Made by a program: the position numbers and the translations under genes. A DNA stretch of 64,000 nt from Octopus vulgaris (taxonomy: Eukaryota), in the NCBI GenBank assembly GCA_951406725.2, contig OX597822.1, positions 85,932,001 to 85,996,000 on the forward strand, written 5' to 3'. Under the pieces are notes generated by a model. It saw only the letters and a program-made list of their open reading frames with translations, made no database searches and was not told where the DNA came from. Below, in pieces: positions 12,601 to 27,600 of this stretch. Positions within the stretch are counted from its first letter, which is position 1. Each line of letters begins with the position of its first letter.

Positions 12601-15600
12601 GAGAGAGCCAGCCAATGGGGAAGCCAGCAAATGAAGGAACCAGTCTGTGGGGGAGCCAGCAAATGAGGGAAAACCCAATGAAGAAGCCAACAAATGGGGG
12701 AGCCAGCAAACGAGGGAGAACCCAATGAGGGAGCCAGTCTTTTTATGTCTGCTAAAAACAGCAACCAAATCTCCAAGTTACAGTTTTGAAAGGGGAAGGA
12801 TACATAGGATAAAGTAGCCCTAGATACACAGTGACCAAGAAAAAGATGGGATGGTCATGGTTGGAGGTCTCTGGTCATAAGTGTATTCAGTCAGGAATCT
12901 GGTATTAAACAACAACAAACTGAGATAGTGTTTATAAAAATGTCAAAACACTAGCAAGACTCAACAAAGTCGTTCAGATTTTCTATTTTTTGTTGTGTCC
13001 AAAGAACAGAAGAGTCATATTTACAAAAGCATTCATTTTCCTGGCATTGGTCACTGTAGTGTTCTTATCCTCCTCCTCCTCATTATCATCATTTTATGTC
13101 CACCTTTGATGTGGACAATGGTTCACTGTGGGTCCTCTTGGTCTGAGTTTATAGGGAGTTACTGATCTCCTAGAATGGTCAGAGGATGACATTTCATGGT
13201 TTCTATAGCTGGATACCCTTTCTAATAAAGAATGTATGAGCTTCCATTCATTGTGTCCCCAGGATCAGACAGGGTTGCTAAGTCTTCTACAAGACTAGAG
13301 ACTCTTCTCAATTCTATGTCTGTCACTCTCTATTTAAGGCAAACAGGACCAAAGGGGGTGGGGATAGAAAGAGAGAAACTCCATCAAAATTTCTCCAAGT
13401 ATTTTTGTAAATAAACATTATTTCTAAATTCCTCACAAACAACAGAATAACATAATGTTTATCCTGTCCACAAGTCTTAACTTTTGCAAGAGGCCTGCCT
13501 TAGCGTCATAATACTCATCCTTTTCTCAAAGATATTCAGAGATGCAGGAGAGAAGTTCAAAGCAAATTTCAATCCCCAAAAACTACTTTAACTCTTTAGC
13601 ATTTAAATTGGTCATATCTGGACCAAATATACCATTTGTTTTATGTTCAAACTGGCTAGATCCAGCCTCTCACACCTAACCTACAATGTCATTCTAAAAA
13701 TTGACAATCACATCATTGAATCTCCTCCAACCAGAAGCTTGTCCCAAATGTCTGCAACAGAATGAATTCTGTTAAAGGCAGCCCAGTGGGTGGGGGTTTA
13801 AACACAGGCAACAGGTTCAGTCTACTTTGTGGCCATGGTGGGATTTAGACTCAGAACAGAGTTGGAACAAATACCATGAGGTAGTAAGTCCCATGTTTTT
13901 ACAGTTTCACTAATCCACCATCTTGGATTGGTACCTTTTTTTTTTTTTATTGACCTCTGAAAGGATGAAAGACAAAATGGACCTCGGCAGGAATTGAACA
14001 CTAAGTGGAGAAATTTGGAATGAAAACTGTGAAGCATTCAATTGCTCGAACAATTTTGCCAAATTCACCAATTAACTCTTTGACATTCAGGTTATTCTGT
14101 CAAATGGAATAATTATTTATTCAAATTTTTTAAAAATCCATCTTGTATTATCATGTAGCTTTGAGATTTCAAAGACATCATCATCATTTAATGTCCGTTG
14201 TCCATGCTGGCATGGGTTGGACGGTTTGACCAGGGTTGGTAAGCTGAGGGGCTGCACCAGACTCCAGTTTGATTTGGCATGGTTTCTACAGTTGGATGCC
14301 CTTCCTAATGCTAACCACTCCAAGAGTGTAATGGGTGCTTTTACATGCCACCAACACAGGTGCCATTTGCATGTCACCAGTATCTGCCACGACTGTGACT
14401 TCACTTGGCTTGATGGGTCTTCTTCTCAAGCAAGACATAATGCCAAAGGTCTCAATCATTGCCTCTGTGAGGCCCAATACTTGAAAGGAGCTCAACCACT
14501 TTGTCTCCAAGAGGCTCAACCCTCAAAAGGTGCTTTTTACATGCCACTGGCACAGGTGCCAGTTACGTGACACCAGCATCAGCCACAACTGCAATTTCAC
14601 TTAGCCTGACGAGTCTTCTCAAGTACAACACATCACCAAAGGTCTCGGTTACTAATCATTGCCTCTGTGAGGCCCAAACTTCAGAGATCATGCTTCACCA
14701 CCTTGTCCCATGTTTGCCTGAGTCTACTTCTAACACAAGTTCCCTCCACAGTTAGGGAGGATCAGCACTTTTTTACTCAGCTGTCCTCATCCATATGCAT
14801 CACATGGCCATACTAGTGCATTTGTGTCTCTTGCACACCACATCTGATGCCTCTTATGCCTAACTTTTCTCTGAAGATGCTTACACCCTGTTAAACATGC
14901 ACACCAACATTGCATATGCAGTGATGCATACACTGCACATCCAGCGATGCTTCATTTCTTTCAAGCCTGCACATGTCCTTGGTCGTCACAGCCCATGTTT
15001 CACTACCATGTAACATACCTGTTCGCACACAGGCATCATACAATCTGCCTTTTACTCTGAGAGAGAGGCCCTTTGTTGCCAGCAGAGGCAGGAGCTTTCT
15101 AAACTTTGTCCAGCCTATTCTTATTCTGACAACTATGCTCTTGCAGCGTCCACCTCTGCTACTAACTTGATCACCTAGGTAACAGAAGCTATCTACTACC
15201 TCTAGCTTACCCCCCATGGCAGTTGATGGAGTCTATTTTCTGTACATTTTAACAACATTGCAGGGTAGGTGTGAGGGGCTGGATCTGGTCAGTTTGAACG
15301 TCAAATAGAATATTTGGGCTGCATCTGGTCAATTTAAATGCCAAGGGTTTACCAGGACAATGTGAGTAAACAAACCAAAAGAGAGAACTGAGTTGAGAAT
15401 GGTGTGAGTGAATACTTACACTCATGCGTTTTTTACACCAAGCTACTCTTTCATTAGAAGTCAACTTCAGGCTGGTCACCACCATCGCTTGGATATAGGC
15501 CATGTTATACAGAGAGTTCACCACATAACTGAAATGCTCTGCAAATGAAACAAAAGATTCTGCATTAACAAGGAAATTCTAGAAAAAGCTTAAAAATCAA

Positions 15601-18600
15601 AAAAGTATGACTGGTCACATTTTGACAAAAAATTGAGTTGAGAAAAAATTCATTATAGGAATAACAATAATAATGATAATAGTCGATAGATATGACAGGT
15701 TAGCTTGGGAGGTTAAGCAGTTGTGGTCGCTGAAAAAGGTGGTAGTAGTACCAATAATTGTCAGAGCTCTGGGAACAGTGAGTATAAATCTGCAATAAGG
15801 GTAGAGCACTTGCAGTAAATGACACTGCTTGGAACCACTCAAATACTCCGGATGGGGCTCAAATAATAAGGGATGTTACCTTAGTTCATGGGTAGTAAAC
15901 AGCAGACACCGTAGTACATCTCCAGCGTTAGAAGCTGTGCAAAGGCAATAAATAACAATAATAATCCTTTCTAATAAAGGCACAAGGCCTCAAATTTGAG
16001 AGAAGGAATTAAGTCGATTACATCAACCCCAGTGCACAACTGGTACTTAATTAACCTTGACAGGATGAAAGGCAAGGCCAACATTGGCAGAATTTGAACT
16101 CAGAATGTAAAAACAGACAAAATGAACACAAAGTGTCTTATCTGCTATGCTACCGTTTCTGCCAGCTCGCTGCCTTAGGAATAATATGTTTTCACACATA
16201 CAACACATAAAGGAGAAAGAGTTGGTGTTTAACTTACGTTTACTGACTTCTGGTAACTGAAGTAAGAAATTCAAAAGCAGAGCCACAGGGTCTCTCAGCA
16301 AAATAGGCACTTGACCAGGAACACTTGAAAATCTGAAATAAACGATCAGAAGAGATTTTAAAGACTTTTCTGTGTAGCATTATATACTGTGGTGTCTTGG
16401 ATGGATCATTATGCCAACAATAAACACACTGGTTCAATTTCACTTCATTATTATTAGTCTCAAAGTCTTTTTATCACCATTCACGACATCAGCTGCATGC
16501 TCTCTCTCCTCCATATCCATTTCAAATCTATCTGTCGTCTAGTTAATATGTTTATGCACTTACTTTTACTAACCTCAGTCAATGGACAGCAGACATACTG
16601 AGCACCAAATTCAAAGACTTTAGTTGAATATTCCAAGCCCAATGCTTACCCTGGGACTAGTTTTATTGAACAACTTATCAAATGGCTAGGTCCATCTTTA
16701 GTGCAAAGGGATGTAAACAAGACTGAAATATCACAAGGCATTTTTGTTTGATGCACCAGTTACATACACATGATGTATTTCCTGGTTTCTAGAACAGATC
16801 TACCAAACAAGAGCTTGTTATAAGAGCCAACTAAAATGGTTGGTGGCAGGAAGAGTAACTGACCATAAAATACTGCCTTAAAATCTAGGAAAACTAAAAT
16901 CTAGCATGGAAAAACAAACGTATGGTAAGAAGCTTGCTTCCTAGCCATAAGGTTCCAGGTTCAGTCCCACTGTGTGGTACCTTGGATAAGTGTTTGCTAC
17001 TATGGCTTCAGGTGTTGTGAGTGGATTTGGTAGACGGAAAATGAAAGAAACCTATTGTGTGTGTGTGTGTGAGTAGTCTTGTTGCTGTTATCATCATAGT
17101 CAGCAATCGAAACAACTGTTGTCATCAACTGGAGTTATTTCTTCCAAGTGGAAGATAGAGGGAAGCCATTACATCCAAACACTGTGATTTTACTAAGACC
17201 TTGCAGAATGGTTTTTACAGCAGAGAGGAAACACTAAATCATAGATTTTCTCAGATTCCTCAACAAATGTTGGAAAAGAATTGTTCACTTTGGTTTAACT
17301 ATTGTTTTACCTGAGTGAAAAGAAAGAGATTTCAAATATAATGTTTCTTAACTTCATCTCATTATTATTTAACATCCGTTTCCCATGGTGGCTTGGGTCA
17401 GACAGTTTGGCTGGAGCTAGTCAACTGGAAACCAGTACCGGGCTCCGGTCATCTGTTTTGGCTTGGTTACTATAGCTGGATGCCCTTCCCTATTTTACAG
17501 AGTGTACTGGGTGCCTTCTATGTATCAATGGCACAGGTGCCTTCTATGTGTCACTGGCATGGATGCCATTTACGTGTCACCGGCATGGGTGCCATTTACA
17601 TGCCGCTGGCAGAGGCCACGACCACAATTCTCTTAGCTCGACATGTCTTCTCAAGCACTCCATGAAGTTCCACATCCAAAGATCATATTTCACCCCATCA
17701 TTCCTGAGTCCACCTCTTCCACAGACTGGTACTTCTTTACGCAGCTGTCATTGTCTATATGCAGCACATGACTATACTAGTACAGTCTTCTCTCTTGCAC
17801 AATACATCTGATGCCTCTTACACCCAACTCTTCTCTTAAAACACATTTCTTTTAATTAGTAAAACTGGGAAACAGAAAGCAAACTTACGAAGAGCTACTA
17901 TCTCCTATCACAGCTACACCTGTAATTAATTTCCAAAGATCAGTCTGGGGCACTGGAGGTAAGGTTTTGCAGGAATAACTCAACATACGGAAAAGTGGCA
18001 CTGAAAAAAAAAACAAAAACAAATAATAATAATAATCCTTTTTACTAAAGGCACAAGGGCTGAAATTTTGGAGAAGGGAGCTAGCTAATTACATTGACTT
18101 CATTACTGAACTGGTACTTATTTCATCGAACCTGGAAGAGATGAAGAGCAAAGTCAACCTTGGTGGAATTTGAACTCAGAACATCAAGACGGAAGAAATG
18201 TTGCTAAGCCTTTTGCCTGGTCAACTAACAATTCTGCCAGCTTGCTGCTTTGCCTTGATGATGATGATGATGGTGGTGGTGGTTTCAAATTTTGCCACAA
18301 GGGTAGCAGTTTTGGGTGAGGGGACAAGTCAATTACATCCACCCCCAGTGTTTCACTGGTACTTAATCTATCAATCCCGAAGGATTAAAGACAAAGTCAA
18401 CTTTGGTGGAATTTGAACTCAGAACATCAAGACAGACAAAATGCTGCTAAGCAGAATTTGAACTCAGAATGTAGCAGCAGATGAGATACCGCTAACCATT
18501 TCGCCCAGCGTGCTACAATTCTACCTTAATAATAATAATAATCCTTTCTACTCAAAGCACAAGGCCTGAAATTTTGGGGGAGGGGATAAGTCGATTATAT

Positions 18601-21600
18601 CAACCCCAGTACTCAACTGGTACTTATTTCATCAACCCCCCAAGAGGATGAAAGGCAAAGTCAACCTTGGTGGAATTTGAACTCAGAACGTAGCAATGGG
18701 CAAAATACCGCTAAGCATTTTGTCCAGCGTGCTAACGATTCTGCCAGCTTGCCACCTTAATAATAACTGTGTTGAACAACAATCTTCATAAGTCAAAGAT
18801 GAAGTTTAGAGTGTGTTAATATTGTTAGTGACTGTTTGCATCCCTGAGATAACCAGGCCAATTAATTATAGACATCATATACTTACTGAAAACTTTAAGT
18901 TTACTTGAAGGTGACTCCCTGGTAAATAACTGACCACCATAGCCTAGAAGCTCCAATTCCAAATTAGCTCTGTAATGAAAAGAAATAACATATCCTTTTT
19001 CAAAACCTAGAAGAATGGTCTGGAATAAAATGGCTAAAGAATCTTCATACCAAAGAACAAAACATTGTTTATTAAAAGAGAGCACAAATCCCAGTGTCAC
19101 CCAAAATATTGTGTATATAAACACCAGTAGAAATGTGTTGGCAGTTCAAATATGTTTGAGGTATATTTGAACCAATAAGGAAGTCATTCACAGTATTCTA
19201 TCTTGGAGAAAATGTCTTGCTGTAGATAAATAGGTGTAAATACAGCAAGTCAACTCACAGCATTCCCCAACCAGGCTGTGGGAAGCATGCATTTTGGAGA
19301 GGAGGTCATCTCCACTTCAGCCAGACACCATAAAAGGAGGCTCTGCAACCTGACATCAAAGACAAATATCGGAAAGATTTTTTTACAAAGTCTCATGTAA
19401 AGGATTACACAGCAGTGAGGCCCTTGTGAAATTGTTGTGGCACAACGGTAGCAATTTCAGTGGAAGGGGTAGGTCAATCCCATTGCTTCCCCATCCCCTA
19501 CCTCTTTGCCCAACTGCTACTTATATTGTTACCCTGAAAGGATGAAGGGCAAAGTCAATCTTGGTGGAATTAGAACTCAGTATGTAAAGTATTGGAAGAA
19601 ATGCCACCAAGCATTTCATCCAATGCTCTGAGGGGTTAACCTGCCTCATGCCTTGGACTCACAAAATAAGTGTGTCGGGTACCTTGCTACAAGGTATTTA
19701 ATTAGTGAGGGAGATGGTCAAGGTGACAAAAGATGCAAGATTAGTGAGAGCAATGTCCATCTGATGTACTGAAAATACATTCACAGAATGAACAAAGACG
19801 ATAAAAAAAGCAGTCAAATCTCCATTAACTCACATTAAAAAAAAAAGGGTACATTGCATAATGTACTCTTAGATATATTGTCTAAAATAAAATAAAGAGG
19901 GGGTTGTCATTGATGAAACACTATGGGTGTTCAATTAAGAAATACAAATTTATTTTCAAAAGAAGGATGGAAATTGAAAAAAATGATATAATGTTACCTG
20001 ATAATGGAACAAGTGAAGAGCCAGATGTTGGCTGAATTGTCATCACAGTATTTCCTGTACATGGGGTGAGTGGCATTGGTTAATTCATCGATCAAAGAAC
20101 ACTTCTGGGCTAGAAACAACTAAAACACAGGACAATATTGTCAATTAGCAGTTATGTTGTTATTAGAGGGGGAGGGAGTGTATGCATATCTACATACTAT
20201 CTTTTTTGTTGTTCTTCCACAGGATCGGTGCTTAATTTTTTATAAGGAAATGAAAACAGAAAGACGCCATGATCTTCCTGATTTTTGTCAAAGCTATTAA
20301 GCAACCATGTTAAGTAAAGCAGTTCCAATTGAGAAAAATGAAATTGGAGAGTCAGCTATCTCTACATGATTGCTTAACTAGTGAGAAAGAGAAATATTGT
20401 GTAATTCTAGAAAGACTATGCTGGAGAAAAGAAAGGAAGGAAGAGATTGGTCAATGCTGTAATACATTTGGTCATAGGTCTGTTGGAGCAAGGCTGCTCT
20501 GGGGTTAAACAACAACCTAATAAAAGAACTACCACCACCAGTTACTACTACAACTACTACTACCTGTAGCAATAACCAACTACAACAGGACTATTTATTA
20601 GAAAAATGCCTTCAACCTGCACACTATATTGTTTGTAAGTAGATGCTTGAAGTACCAAATAAGACTATGTATTTAGAGTAATCAAGCAACCCTGATGGGG
20701 TAGTAGGCACACCCACATACAATGGTTTATATGTACCAAATAAATGAGGAGGGTGAAAAATAATAATTCAAATGGCCTTTATTTTATTGTTACAATGTAA
20801 GAAGCAACTTCTTCAAGCTGTTGTACAAAGGTTATTTGCAGTTCTGTTATCCATTTTGTAGGTAAAGCTAATCTTTTGTTAACTTCTAGGTGAAAGAATG
20901 GAAGAAAGAGAGAGAAAGAGTAAAAGAATTTACCTCTCTGGGTTGACAAATAGAGAAGGTGGAAGTTGTGTAATTCTACAGTGATGAGTCATTACTGAAG
21001 TGCTCCTATGGGCAAGCGCCAGGCGAAGCAGGTGAAAAAGATAGAATTGAGTTTGGGTACTGTATTTATACATGTTGGAAGTAAATGGGCTTATCTCTGT
21101 TGAATTGTATCCAACATAAGAATGTTAACTTAATAGAACTTAACTATGACAGTTGACCCTCATCAATTTCTAAGTGCTAATGTCAAGAAGGAAAGGAAAA
21201 GAACTCTTAGAAAAATCTAGATTGGGTTTCAAATCTTAGCTAAGAATCTAGAAAGCTGTTCACTATATGACACTAATTAGAGGTTAAATTCAGTTCCACA
21301 TTTGTCCATTATTACAGTATAGATACAGAACAATTCTGAGCAAACAGTTTTTCCCATAATGTAGGTTCTAGGAATAGTTTGGAACCATGAACCCTTTGGT
21401 CAATGGTTTCACATCAACTTGATAATATTCCACTCTCTATAATATTTTTCTACAATCAAAATGCACCCACAACAAAATATAAGACATACAACCTGATCTA
21501 CTGGAAGACATTAAATTAGGATGATGATGACGATGACAATGATACAGCAGACTGTCAACTTTTATTTGAATTTCTGAGATAAAGAATTATTATTATCATT

Positions 21601-24600
21601 ATTCTATATTGATATAATATCCAAACTAATTTCCTTATAGGCGTTCTCCAGGTGCCTGTTGATTCACTTGGTTTGAAATGCCAAGAACATTACTGAATGT
21701 GGGAGATATCAGAGTAAAAGTGGAGGACAGAATGGCCCAAATGTCTATAAATCACCATAACAACCAAGATGAGGGCACCAGTCTAAATAGAAACATGCGA
21801 AATAGCAAACTGTTGCAACATCTAGAATATATATAACTTCTACACACTGACATTTGCATTCTTCTTACAAACTTCTTTAGAAATGTTCATCAAGTGTGTA
21901 TGTGTGTGTATGTATATATATATATATATATCATCTTCTCTTCTCCATTTTAAACAAAATTGTTGAGTTTTATGGGATTTCTTTCCATAAATTCACAAAT
22001 TTACGCCTGTAAACTACCACCAAAATATGAAGAATCAATATTAGAAATCTTTTTGGGAAACCTTCAAATTAAAGGACAAATCTAATTCAACCTTTTTATA
22101 CACACACACAACATATATACATATATATATATATATTATACACACACAATATATATATATATATTCATATATATATAACAGTGAGCACAATGTAAGGGAT
22201 CAACAGCCGACAGACCAGAACCCATACACAAATGCGATCTATGTGACCAAGACACTGTCATTCTCGCATTGGTCTCCATAGCCACAGGAGGCACTGCTCA
22301 AGCCAAGCGATGTGATACCTATGGTCAGCCATGAACGAAGGTGGCCCTAGATATATATATATCTATCATCATCATCATCATTTAACGTCTGCTTTCCATG
22401 CTGGCATGGGTTGGACGATTCAACTGGGGTCTGGGAAGCCAGAAGGCTGCACCAGGCCCAGTCTGATCTGGCAGTGTTTCTACAGCTGGATGCCCTTCCT
22501 AATGCCAACCACTCCGTGAGTGTAGTGGGTGCTTTTTACGTGCCAGACGAGGCTGGCAAACGGCCACGATCAGATGGTGCTTTTTATGTGCCACCGGCAC
22601 GGGGACCAGACGAAGCTGGCAACGGCTACGGTCGGATGGTGCTTTTTACGTGCCACCGGCGCGGAAAAATATATATAGTATATATATATATATATATAGC
22701 AAGAGAGAGAGAGAGATGGGATGCAGTGACTTACACTGGCTTGTGCCTGTTGTTGCAGTAACTGTTCAATGTCTTGTGCCATTTTCTGCAGATTGTTAGC
22801 ATCCGTTGGTGGAGGAATTGGTGTTGGTTTCCTGTCGTTAGGAATTATAGGAATGACAGCATTTGCAAGCTGACGGCACACAGGACACCAGTACTCTCCA
22901 TCGTTCACAGCCAGAGTCTGTTGGAGATATGGCCCCTAAAAAAAAGAAAAAAAATCTAGATTAAGCATACAATCAAGATTTAATTGGATTTCATTCTTTC
23001 TTTTTTTTTATATATATATTTTGGGGTCATTTAGCATTCATTTTTCTATGCTACATGGACCAAATGGGTGGTTTTTATTTCTTACTTGTTTCAGCCAATT
23101 AGACTGTGGCCATGCTGGAGCACCGGCTTGAAGAATTTTTAGTTGAATATATCGACCTCAGTACTTATTTTTTTATAGTTTGGTACCTATTTTATTGGAC
23201 TCTTTTGCCAAACTGCTAAGTTACAGGGACATAAACAACACTAACACTGGTTGTCAGGAGGTTGGGCAGACGCACAATCATAAAGAGATACACACACACA
23301 TATCAATAATGACAGGCTTCTTTCAGTTTCCCTCTACCAAATCCACTCACAAAGCTTTGGTCAGCCTGAGGCTATAGTAGAAAGCACTTTGCCAAGGTGC
23401 TATGCAGTGGGACTGAAACTGGAACCATGTGGCTGGGAAGCCAGCTTCTTACCACACAGCCATGCTCCTCCTTCTTCTAGCAACAATGTCATTACAGCAA
23501 CTGCCATCAAAGCAATCATCACAATGAAACATTTTATCCAAACCATTACTTGAAGACTTACCTTTAATGATTCTAAGTACTGCTTATGGCAATCCAGGTG
23601 AAGGTAATGGCCACAAGATTGTACTAAAACGCCACCTTCCCAGCCTATATTGACAGATTTACAAACAGATGTCTGGGAAAGAAAAGAAGAACAACAACAA
23701 TACTATCATATAACTTCATTGAAAATCAAATGAGGACTTATTTCTTGGTAGACATGTACACAAATAATTAATATGAGTATCCTTAATATCATAGAAATAA
23801 TATTTAAAACAATATTAAAGTCTTAATAACAACAACAATAGCTAAATTTATTTTTGTGGAGAGTTTAAGAAATAGTATTTTGAATCTGTTGAATGTTTCA
23901 GATCTGCTTTCTTTTTATTGGAGAGCTGAAGAGGAAAGGTAGCACACTCATAGCCTTCTTTGTTTAAGACAGCAGACCAAATGATTTACAGCATCTACTG
24001 TCTGTATATTCCCTTTTATGTTCATCTCCTTTGTACCTTGAGAACTGACTCCATCACTCCCATCCACCCTTATAGAAAGTCGGATAGCCTTGTAGTTCCT
24101 CTCTACCAAGACACTAGTGTTTGTCAGATGTTAGATGATAATTCAGTTAAACCCTTCTATGTTCCAAGTTTAATTTCTAAATCCCAGTTTTTCTCTCATT
24201 AGACAAGACAGAATACAAAATAACTACAAGAGTTGATTCTATCGACTACAAAACTTTGACATACAAAAAAGGCTTTTCTTGTTTAGCTTAGAGAAATCAA
24301 TATTTCATATCCTGTCTAATAAGATAATCTGAAACAACAACTAAATGAATAACAGACAATGTCCAAGAAGTTGTTTTGATAAACTTACCTCTGAATAATA
24401 TTTCATTATAAGGTTAAGATGTTGTTTCCTAATATCTGCACAAGACAACGGTACACGTTTGAACTTCATCTTCCCAACTGGCAAATGTCGCCGTTGTTCT
24501 TGACTTGGACAATGACCAAGAACTAACAAATAACATTGGAAAAAAATAGATAAACAAAATGGCAAAGAATTCAGACATGATTTTTCTTTTTAAAAAATAC

Positions 24601-27600
24601 CAATACAACTGAATAAAAATTCATCCACTCCAGATATGAAGGTAAACCTATTGCGACGTTAAATCAACATTCAAGCAGCAGTAATAGTAGTAGCGATGAA
24701 AACCATTTTCATGAAGAGCATGATGACAATGACATTGAAGAAAGAGAAGTGAAAGATAAAAGAGCCAGAAAATGCCACTTGTGCTGAAATATGTCCAGAA
24801 CCATACATTTTGGTCCCTCCACTATTCTACCAAAGTCACTAAAGGTGAATGGTTTGCAACAGAGTAATTTATATCAAACAAAATAATTATATGTCATCCT
24901 GTGACTTACCACTAGTGGACAATAGCAGAACCACAATGCCAAAAGGACGTTCTGAAGTACTTGGCATAGTCTGACTGCATATGGCACAATGGAAACCATC
25001 TTCTAACACTGACTGCTCACCATTATCTTGGACATCTTCACTGATATCTGCAAAACAAAAAAAGAAATCTTTACACAAGAACTTTTCTCTGGAAATAAAG
25101 TACTTTCAGAAGCACTGGTGACCAAAATTACTGTCCTATCCCCATTTTCCCATCTGCTTTACCATAATCACTCATGATGATGGAAAATCAGCCAGTTTTC
25201 ACAGTTGAAACTCTTCCATTCTAATTTCGTTTATCCACATAACAAATCCAGTTCAAGATATTGAAACTAAATAGATCTGAAGGCACAAGAGACAAAATAA
25301 AGAATGAGAATGATGGAGAAGAAAAGAGTTCTTATTTACCATCCATGTCCATTGCTTGTTCCATGAAAGCTTTCTGTTTGGAAGCAAACTCTGCCATTAA
25401 TTTCTGCTGCCGTTCCCGTGCCTTCTTCCGTCTGATAAAAGCAACAAAACGAATACACTGTACATTTGCAATTTAATTAGGAATGCAGAATTAAAAATTA
25501 CTAAAACATGCATTTGCCTCTAATTGCCTTTAATTTCTTACTATTTGTCGTGAAATTGCAGGCCACGTCTGGTGGTATCTTAGTGATGAACCCTGTTGGA
25601 AGACAACTGTACTTAGGCATAACAGAGCTAGATAACAGAGTTAGATAAGGTAAAGGGAATTAACATGAAGGAACTTTTGAGAAATTTATTCCAGAAAGTT
25701 AAAAATTAATACTTAAATCTATAAAAAATGTAAAAAATATTATTCTTAACTGTTTTGTTTTTAGAGGAATCTGAAAATGGAACAAAGAGATGAAAGAAGC
25801 ACCTTTCAGACAGTGAGAAAGAGAGACAAACAGAGGTGTTGGCATTAACTAGTTGTAATGAATAAGACAGCAAGGAAAATAACATAGTTTGAAAGGAATT
25901 GTGTAGAAGTGCTAAATAAGAAAAGGTAAGGAATTGTGGAACAGGTCAAACTGAAGAATTTATAGAACTAGAAAAATTCAAGAAAAGACATTAAAAAATT
26001 CTTAGCAAGAAGAGAAAATGTACGGATATAGTTTTAGGAAGATGAATGAATGTGCAAATGAGAATAAATCTTGCTCATGGAAAAGAAAATCAAAAGTAAT
26101 GTCTCAGACTAAAGAACTAATATTTGTGAACATGTTGCAACAAATGTTTGAGAAACAAAAAAAACAATAAAGAATGTGGTAAAAACAATGAAAGTCAGGT
26201 GTTATAGAGAGAAAATGAGGCAGGTGAAAGAAAAAGAATCGACTCATCAAAATGAATACATTATGAATGTCATGTTGATGCTGCTGTTAAGAAATTAAAT
26301 TAAAATCTTTTGCACATTTTCTGCCAGTGAAAATACTTGAGTTTCAAATCCAGATGACTTACCTTTCCTCTTTTTCGAGATCTTCTGATGTTGCTGTGCC
26401 TCTTTCTTGCGTCTGTTGTTTCTCTCTCACTTTAGGTTTTGTTTCATGGTAAATTCTTTCTGTTTCTTGTAAACAGGAATAGTCCTGTGATGCAAGTCGG
26501 TCCAATAAGAGACCAATATAGTAAGGTCCATCACCGCAGTTTTCAGAAGGATTACTTTGGTCCGCTGATGACCGTTCTGAACACTTCCTCATTGAGGTGG
26601 GGATGTAAGAAGGTTGTTTCTTAGCAGACAACTTACAATGGAGTTTCATCAGTAACGAGATCAGACTTTCTTTCACAATCTCTCGTCTACAGGTATCATC
26701 TTTCTCTTCGACTTCATCCTTAGAATCACAATTAATGTGCATCTGGCCACTGGCTTCATCATCCACATTATTAGAGGAATTTGAACAGTTAGGATTCGTG
26801 GTAGTGAATAATTTTGAGGCAGCACCAAAGTCTTTAGAAAATATATTTGCTAGAGATAGAGGAGGTTGAATGAGAGATAAAATTAAATATTACACAAGTG
26901 TCAATAGAAGTGAAATAAATGTTTATTAAATCATAAAATAAAGAAAAACCAGTTTATAAGCTTTGAAAATAATGTGAAATAACTAATGATAGTGTTTTGA
27001 ATTTGAAATTCATATACAAAAAACTTTAATGAACAATGCTTATGTCTATGCAGTTGTTGTTTAGTTCTGGTTTGGCCATTATCAAACAGATCTTTGGTCA
27101 TGTGTCTTTTTCTAGAACATTTATGTGTGAATTGAGGGACATTTAGCTGTTGTTTCTAGCAGCACAAGCAACCTATAAAGGCCACTTGTTGGGTTGAATT
27201 AAATCTTAAATACACAGAAAACATACAACAGATTGAAGACTGAAACGGGGGCAATACTCGTGTTTATAAGAATGCTTTGTATACAACCTTTTACCTTTAT
27301 TTATTATCAACAAGGTGATTGAATGAGTTAAGGATTGGACAATGTTTGACCATAAAACTACAAACTTACAATCAATCAGATGTATCCAAAGGCAAATTAT
27401 TTGGCTTATTCACAGTTTAGCAGAGATTCCACCCCCAACTTCATCAGCTGTGAAAATACACAAAACATCCAAATTTTCAAAATTCCTCACTGACGAGTAC
27501 ACCTGTTACACTTCCATCTACACTTCTTCCCTGACAATATCTTAATTCTCTCTGGTTGACTGCTTAACAATCATGAGCAGCTCACACCTCTCATCTTCAT

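Noticed and set aside
12194-12776. Several overlapping 65-171 aa ORFs on both strands
   Set aside because: They arise from the stop-poor minisatellite; only 12185-12280 is a real exon.
20100-20119. Second acceptor 10 nt inside exon 27 suggesting a missing exon
   Set aside because: It is out of frame with exon 26; the first AG gives a continuous frame whose spacing fits UBR3 as I recall it.
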